Assembly (NCBI GenBank): GCA_016929295.1 | Contig: JAFGJB010000198.1 | Span: forward strand, 6,391-70,390 | Reading direction: 5' to 3' | From: Candidatus Zhuqueibacterota bacterium | Lineage (GTDB): Bacteria > Zhuqueibacterota > Zhuqueibacteria > Residuimicrobiales > Krinioviventaceae | DNA length: 64,000 nucleotides | In this document: positions 59,101 to 64,000 of the stretch, piece by piece | Layout: the number at the start of each line of letters is the position of its first letter | Numbering within the stretch: the stretch's first letter is position 1 | Notes under the pieces: generated by a model | Told to the model about the DNA's origin: nothing | The model's input: the letters and a program-made list of their open reading frames with translations, nothing else | Databases searched by the model: none | Made by a program: the position numbers and the translations under genes

Positions 59101-59357
59101 ACAATCCCAATCCATTCAATCTGTCGACAATGATATCGTTCGCGCTGGCGAACCAACAAAATGTCGAGATCTCGATTTTCGATGCTTTGGGCAGACGAGT
59201 GCGACAACTGGCTCGGCACTCTTTCCAGGCCGGTCAGCATGAACTCCCATGGGATGGCCGAAATGATCACGGTCAGGTTTTGAGCAGCGGAATTTACATC
59301 GCCAAAGTGACCGCCGGAGATGCCGAGAAAACCATTAAAATGCTTCTCATTAAATGA
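56175..59357 (+). CDS. Large T9SS cargo built of repeated carboxypeptidase-regulatory-like (Ig-like) domains with a C-terminal sorting domain
   Basis: Signal FSG|QP. At least six repeats of the type G.V.D......V.V.A......G.Y.I.GL..G.Y. The C-terminus NPNPFNLSTMISFAL...VEISIFDALGRRV...SGIYIAKVTAGD..KTIKMLLIK is a type A T9SS CTD. Confidence 0.75.
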   Translation: MRRVPLLLLMSAGLLFSGQPDVTPGQMIANQFKTVETNRQLSDIGAVLEKMDENFERALLDAVRDEYLSHKLQSQLKVHLTPQEIVPLFMQKIEAGRNEARMRQALAQASQSHQAANQSGGIAGRVTIGGTPPQQDVTVYAFDRHGYFAGSSGVSPETGDYAISGLRSDSFYVMTRSSEYADQIYKNVPAQLGSREAWRQAEKVFVTLATVNGIDFDLKPGARITGTITTADGTPVDDLTTVDFVVTTDREPLVIDRRSAETGGGTYEMVLPATGRFKIQATIEGYEPTWHVDQQVWGDATVIEITDLNSTTVVNFKVKTSSVAQSSGAVSGAIFPAFLAISAAFSAVDTSFVQLGLSLGLPNEYEIQGLPPGSYFIYADDYLGTLIGAGNYRGEFWDGANGTPYVKKAKPVTVTAGSTTENINFILDAGASIKGTVLDHSNSILDSLTLVLLNADVLDSDSEPFLAELELHVVSTEFNGSYEIPGLRAGTYLLRTVSDIFINFNIFSTDSILLDGKHKGKVVDQFYGGETNLFRIMDVEPILLQGDDEVFTADFKLTAPHFISGHVRDAENDAPVTDVLVAALEDTSGYPLFPLGAIDSLGNYRIGPLPTGHYKAISLTGLSGENDYLTEYNDNQRSFYTAKVIDLNQSEVTGINFELERGATIQGYVHLDSESFRAGADTLAGLPVVAFHEESGTVASFDYVQFNGGYRINRLLPGHYKVAAIPQPSGFAATYLGGGATFDAAQNSIVNLDFGDVTADQIIELGKGTASITGTITDSATGLPISSVFVGAYDQTGHLVGYALTDYDARTGLQISSNGSYAIKGLAAGAYFVRTVSLFTVLPLLDDAMSLVGLFENFDLFGFLLDGSLTGLSLDVTIYKDLWHAAERAAMTVSLDELVLQVSAYGLPNSNDNALLPIYLPLPFYEAVPMAATQVVLQQGGSAKIDFILPKGGLGDIITDMENHATSPAEFSVRQNNPNPFNLSTMISFALANQQNVEISIFDALGRRVRQLARHSFQAGQHELPWDGRNDHGQVLSSGIYIAKVTAGDAEKTIKMLLIK

Positions 59358-59738
59358 AATATCTCTTCGCGATTCAGACGGTCGGGCAAATCGATCAGGA
59401 TTATCGAAAATGATGGCCAAGGAGGAGTCACTGACTCATCGCGATAGTTGCTGCTGCAATTCAGCACTATTTTCAATATGAAACTGAAGATGTCAGTCGA
59501 CTCCTTGCCATGGCGTGAACGTCTCGACACGATTCTTTTTTCAATCACGTCGCGTGACATCGTTCTGTCATAACCGCGCTCATCTCTGCATTATGACAAA
59601 AATCTTTTGCGCAATACTCCAAAATTTATCTATTCTTGTTTTAAAGATTTATAGATTTGTTGGAAAACAGCCATTGGAACATTCTGCAAGGATATCTATT
59701 TTGCAGCAAAGGGCAGTATCGTCACCGAGCAACCAGGG

Positions 59739-62700
59739 ATGCAATTGAAAAGATTTGCTCACATCTATATCTTTTTCTCCATCTATACATCTGTTTTGGC
59801 GCAGGATGTTCTTGTTGTTGAGAAAGAACCCGATCGAATTCGTTACCAGGTAATCGCCGATACCCCCGTCTTTCGGCAGGTTATGCAAAACGATTCGCTT
59901 CGCAGCGAAATAAGCGTCGCTGATTGGCCTCTGTCTGAACACAGTAATGGCGCTGTTTTGCCATACAGGCCAATCCTGTTGCACCTCGATACGCCCGATG
60001 CGTCGGTGCGGATTCTTGCAGCTCAGGAAAGGCGCCTGTCGATAGCCTTGCCGATCTCTTTCTCAGAGTCTGCTATCGGAGACTCCACCGCTGCTTCAGC
60101 GCAACGGACAACACTTTTCAAGCCAACTGCACCCGACCTTGTCACCATCGAATACCTCGGGCAATATCGGCAAAATCACCTTTTACGGGCAGCAGTCTTT
60201 CCCTATCATTATGATGTGCAAACCAAAGAGCTGATCATCTATTCGAATATCGTGTTTGATATCATCGGCAGTGCGAATGATTCTCCTCGCCAGCAGCTAC
60301 CGGCCGCTGAAGCGGAATATTTGCATCGCATGGGCGTGACCACCGGCGCGAAAACACAACAAGCGCGAAACGTCCGTGATGGATTGGCGAAGAGGACGGC
60401 TGAATTGAACGAGCGATGGAAAATTTACGTCAATGAGGATGGACTCTATCGCATCAGCGGCCGGGATCTCGCCGAGGCAGGCGTCCGCCTGCTTGATATC
60501 GATTTTAAAAAACTTCGACTCACCTGCAACGGTCGTGATGTGTCCCTTTATGCGGAAGGCTGGCGCGATGGGCAGTTTCATGCGGATGATTTTTTTGAAT
60601 TCTGGGGAGAGGCAAACAGAAAAACATTTCAAAACAGAGCAGTGGATTTATATCAGGATCCCTACAGTAAAAATCGCATTTACTGGCTGTCGTGGGAAAA
60701 GCGGGGCCTGTGGATGGTAGAAGAGTCCGGAGAGATTTCCGCCGTTCAGCCGGGCCAATCGATCCGCCCCTATTCCTTTCTGCAAACCGTCCATGTGGAA
60801 GAGGATAATTATTACGATCATCTCAGCAATGTTCCTCTGGATACGTTGCGGGATCACTGGTTTTACGATCGTGGCATCATTGCCGGAAAAAAAGTGGACT
60901 ATACTTTCAATCTATGGCATCCGGACAATCAATCGCCTCTGCGGGTGACAGCGCGGGTGATGCTCAGCGGATCGACGACCATCGTCGGCAGCGCGCACGA
61001 TGTTTCACTGTACCTGAACAACTCTTTCATTGCCTCCCGTCAGTGGTATATGCAGGATCTCGCCGATCTTGAAAGTCAAGCTGACAGCTATATCAATGGC
61101 GCGGATGTTCGGCATGGTGAAAACGTTCTCAGTGTTGTCAATAATGTCAATCCACAAAATATCGATAATATTCTCCTCAACTGGTTTGAAATAAGCTATC
61201 CCCGGCTCTATCGGGCGCACGATGACTATATCAGATTCAAGATACCACCGGATTATAATGGCGGCAATTTTTTGTTCCGGGTCGACGGTTTCCAGGATGC
61301 CAATATTCATATCTACAAAATTCATCAAAGCAAAATCGTCGGTGGGCAGGTGGAAGAAGTCACTGATTTACAAAATTATACATCCCTGCAAATCAGCTTT
61401 CAAAATGATGTCCTGTCTCCTGAAAGCGAATTCGTCGCTGTCTCCAACAGCGCCAAACGGCTGCCCCTCAAGATTGAAAAAGATGAGCCAAGCTCTTTGC
61501 TTGACAATCAACTGGCGGCGAATTATGTCATCATTGCACATAAAAAATTTATCCACACACCATCCGTGGCCAAACTTGTTGACCTGCGTCGATCGCAGGG
61601 ATTCGCAGCGCTCGTCGTCGATGTCGAGGATGTCTATGACGAATTTTCGCACGGACATGTGAGCTCATATGCGATTCGTGACTTTTTGCAGTGGGCTTAT
61701 AATCAATGGCGAGAGCCACGCCTGCAGCATGTGCTTTTGTTAGGGGATGGCTGTTATGTCCAGACGTCGGCTACCGGTGACACGCTCGATTATATCCCGG
61801 TGCATATGCGCCAGACGATGAATTTTGGCTCTGCTGCCAGCGATTTTTGGTACACACTCATATCCGGCAACGATGAGGTTCCCGATATCAACATTGGTCG
61901 ATTGCCGGTCAAGACGGTTCAGGAGCTGGACGCTGTGCTGGAGAAAATAATTGACTACGAGACAGCACCGCCACAAGGTGACTGGCCCAATCGCTTTCTC
62001 ATCATCGGCGGCAACGGCGTGACGTTCCGATCCCAGGGCATGGCGTTGTCTAAAATTGTGCCGCCTGATTTTGATGCTCGAATGCTCTTTTCGGTCAAAG
62101 ACAAATCGCTCGATTATGATCCCTATTTTGGCGGCACCAGCGATTTGCTGAATTATCTGGATCAGGGATGCAGCGTCATCACGTTTCATGGTCATGGCGG
62201 CGGCGCCATTTGGGCTGACAACAGTCTGCTCCGTCTGGAAGACGTCAATCGATTTTATACGCAGGGAAAGTTGCCCTTTATACTCAGCATGACGTGCTAC
62301 ACCGGCGCTTTTGAGGATCCGAATCGCGAACAATCTTTGGCCGATGCGCTGCTCTTCACCGAGAACGAAGGTGCGCTCGCCATGGTGGGCGCCAGCGGTG
62401 TGGGCTGGGAATGGAATGATTACTTTTTGCAGACAGAAATCATGAAGCAAATTTGTAATAATCCGGGCTGGACTCTGGGCGACATGATGACGGCCGGCAA
62501 AATCTCCTACCTGGCGCACTATAAAACTTCGCAGGCCATTTCCCAGATCAATCAATATCACTTGTTGGGAGATCCGGCGACGCGGATTGTCCTGCCGGAG
62601 AAACAGACGACCATCGAGGTTGACGATCCGATTTTGCTCAAGGGCGAGTCGGTCAGCGCGTCGACGGTCCTTCCTTTCACCCAGGGCCTCGGCTATTTCA

Positions 62701-64000
62701 GCGTTCAGGACAGCATTCTCACCGTCGTCGCCAAAGCGCCGGTTTCGTTCACCAATGGAAATCCCGGTGCACTATTGCCGATCAATGATCAATTTGTCGG
62801 CGAATCCGGCATCATCCGTTTTTATGGGACTGATGACTTTGGCGGCAACAGAACGCATGGCTCGCGCGGCATCTCGCTCAAAGGTGCTGTCTTTGATTCG
62901 GCCTACGTCTCTTCGACAGCGGACGATAGCCTTTATTTCTTCGTCCACATTCGCAGCCGCTCGCCACTGAAAAATGTGTGGTGTCTGGCGCTGAACGATT
63001 CATTGCCAATGCGGCTGGTCGGCGATGACTGGTTCAAATCGACTCGCGCTGTCAAAGTCATATGGACCGGATTTCAATTCTCCTACTATTTTGTTGCCAG
63101 CGATGCAGAAGACAAGATCTACAGCAGTCGCCTCTACAAACACTATATCAGTTATGCTGTGGATGTCGCTATAGACCAGCAAGACCTGGCGTTCGCCGGC
63201 CAAGAGCTGGTCTTCCTGGAAGCAACCATTCACAATGCGAGCGGTAATAGCGTCACGCATCTGCCCATTCTCTACGAGTATAAAAATGATGAGGACAACT
63301 GGCAAAAGATCGGCTACGATACCGTCGCTGTGGATGCCTACGCTTCGTTCAAGAGCAAATACCACTATGCGCCCGAACCGGGACCGCTGACGGTTCGCAT
63401 CACACTCGATCCCGATTCAACGCTGCGCGAGGACAACCGGGAGAACAATGTTCTCGTCACGACCCTGTCACCAAAGATTTTTCAATGTACATCGACCGGA
63501 TTTTTACTCAACGGCAAGCGGGCGAACAGCTTGCCGTTCGATGATATTGTCACCATCGAATTACCCGCTGGTGCGCTTGCCGGCCACGCCGCCCTTTTTG
63601 TCGATACTCTGAAGCAGGTGAAAATTATCCAGCAGCCCGACTATGTCTATATAGCAAACACGCCGGCTTACGATATTCAGCTCTTGTCGCCCGCCGCCGG
63701 CATGGATAAAGCGGCGACCGTCATATTTAATCTGTCGGCGGACAGCACGAGGGGCGATTCCACGGCAACAGCGACGCATCTTTTTCGATTTTCAAAACAG
63801 ACCAAAAAGTGGATCAAGTGTGAGACACAATCGTTGCCACCCCGACTCTATGCCGAGTTGCCCGATATTGGCGCTGTAGCGCTGTTGACGGTCATGGATT
63901 CAACACCTCCACAAGTCACTCTGGCCATAGACGGCCAGCCGTTTGTACCCGGCAAATGGGCGAGCGATGAACCGAGAATTGGCATTCGCTTGCAGGACGT
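59739..64000 (+). CDS. C25 (gingipain-family) cysteine peptidase, PorU-like T9SS sortase candidate; 3' end lies outside the window
   Basis: The frame is open from the ATG at 59739 to the window edge. I translated by hand to about 62600 without a stop, and no competing + strand ORF occupies this frame. It is not in the ORF track because it has no stop. Signal VLA|QD. The catalytic dyad context is ITFHGHGGGAIW and FILSMTCYTGAFED, with LLGDP after it. Confidence 0.65.
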   Translation, partial: MQLKRFAHIYIFFSIYTSVLAQDVLVVEKEPDRIRYQVIADTPVFRQVMQNDSLRSEISVADWPLSEHSNGAVLPYRPILLHLDTPDASVRILAAQERRLSIALPISFSESAIGDSTAASAQRTTLFKPTAPDLVTIEYLGQYRQNHLLRAAVFPYHYDVQTKELIIYSNIVFDIIGSANDSPRQQLPAAEAEYLHRMGVTTGAKTQQARNVRDGLAKRTAELNERWKIYVNEDGLYRISGRDLAEAGVRLLDIDFKKLRLTCNGRDVSLYAEGWRDGQFHADDFFEFWGEANRKTFQNRAVDLYQDPYSKNRIYWLSWEKRGLWMVEESGEISAVQPGQSIRPYSFLQTVHVEEDNYYDHLSNVPLDTLRDHWFYDRGIIAGKKVDYTFNLWHPDNQSPLRVTARVMLSGSTTIVGSAHDVSLYLNNSFIASRQWYMQDLADLESQADSYINGADVRHGENVLSVVNNVNPQNIDNILLNWFEISYPRLYRAHDDYIRFKIPPDYNGGNFLFRVDGFQDANIHIYKIHQSKIVGGQVEEVTDLQNYTSLQISFQNDVLSPESEFVAVSNSAKRLPLKIEKDEPSSLLDNQLAANYVIIAHKKFIHTPSVAKLVDLRRSQGFAALVVDVEDVYDEFSHGHVSSYAIRDFLQWAYNQWREPRLQHVLLLGDGCYVQTSATGDTLDYIPVHMRQTMNFGSAASDFWYTLISGNDEVPDINIGRLPVKTVQELDAVLEKIIDYETAPPQGDWPNRFLIIGGNGVTFRSQGMALSKIVPPDFDARMLFSVKDKSLDYDPYFGGTSDLLNYLDQGCSVITFHGHGGGAIWADNSLLRLEDVNRFYTQGKLPFILSMTCYTGAFEDPNREQSLADALLFTENEGALAMVGASGVGWEWNDYFLQTEIMKQICNNPGWTLGDMMTAGKISYLAHYKTSQAISQINQYHLLGDPATRIVLPEKQTTIEVDDPILLKGESVSASTVLPFTQGLGYFSVQDSILTVVAKAPVSFTNGNPGALLPINDQFVGESGIIRFYGTDDFGGNRTHGSRGISLKGAVFDSAYVSSTADDSLYFFVHIRSRSPLKNVWCLALNDSLPMRLVGDDWFKSTRAVKVIWTGFQFSYYFVASDAEDKIYSSRLYKHYISYAVDVAIDQQDLAFAGQELVFLEATIHNASGNSVTHLPILYEYKNDEDNWQKIGYDTVAVDAYASFKSKYHYAPEPGPLTVRITLDPDSTLREDNRENNVLVTTLSPKIFQCTSTGFLLNGKRANSLPFDDIVTIELPAGALAGHAALFVDTLKQVKIIQQPDYVYIANTPAYDIQLLSPAAGMDKAATVIFNLSADSTRGDSTATATHLFRFSKQTKKWIKCETQSLPPRLYAELPDIGAVALLTVMDSTPPQVTLAIDGQPFVPGKWASDEPRIGIRLQD

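Noticed and set aside
61740-62561. A 273-aa ORF on the minus strand, plus several + strand ORFs (60433, 61222, 62587) listed in the track
   Set aside because: All overlap the long open + frame starting at 59739. That frame contains the C25 His/Cys dyad and a signal peptide. It is missing from the track only because it has no stop in the window.

Overview
This is a gene-dense chromosomal segment with about 60 protein genes and 2 tRNAs. I found no rRNA, CRISPR array, transposase, integrase or recognisable defence genes. The host is a Gram-negative bacterium with a type IX secretion system (T9SS), so most likely a member of the Fibrobacteres-Chlorobi-Bacteroidetes (FCB) superphylum. The exact taxon cannot be decided from the sequence alone.

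Gene order, left to right:
- comF, gap, tpiA, secG and tRNA-Leu.
- A TPR protein.
- A tightly packed operon: Tat-signal DUF362 protein, NapH-NapG-like fused polyferredoxin, acyl-CoA ligase, and a STAS-RsbW-like kinase fusion.
- Several small uncharacterised membrane proteins, a YugP peptidase and lipB.
- A consolidated proteostasis block: grpE, a J-domain protein, htrA, an FmdB zinc ribbon, dnaK and clpB.
- An expanded MoxR/DUF58/BatA-E aerotolerance-type locus.
- An envelope cluster with TonB-C proteins, outer-membrane barrels and a very odd aromatic/Ser-Arg-rich lipoprotein.
- tRNA-Asn, a T9SS cargo, lysC, a TonB-like protein and cutA.
- A membrane-anchored BlaI-like winged-helix protein, then lptF and lptG.
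- A T9SS block: sprA, a glutaminyl-cyclase-like M28 protein, prmA, a small secreted protein, a 1060-aa CTD cargo, and a PorU-like C25 peptidase that runs off the right edge.

I found no mobile or defence system. The observations I rate highest are:
1. Canonically spaced sigma-54 (-24/-12) promoters sit in front of both grpE and dnaK. These are the only two such matches I found in the window.
2. The DUF362 plus NapHG-fusion redox module has an internal twin-arginine segment and is operon-coupled to an acyl-CoA ligase and a one-polypeptide partner-switching module.
3. Gln is pervasive at the predicted +1 position after signal-peptide cleavage, and a glutaminyl-cyclase-like gene overlaps the sprA stop.

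All functional calls come from reading motifs by eye in the supplied translations. No database search was run.
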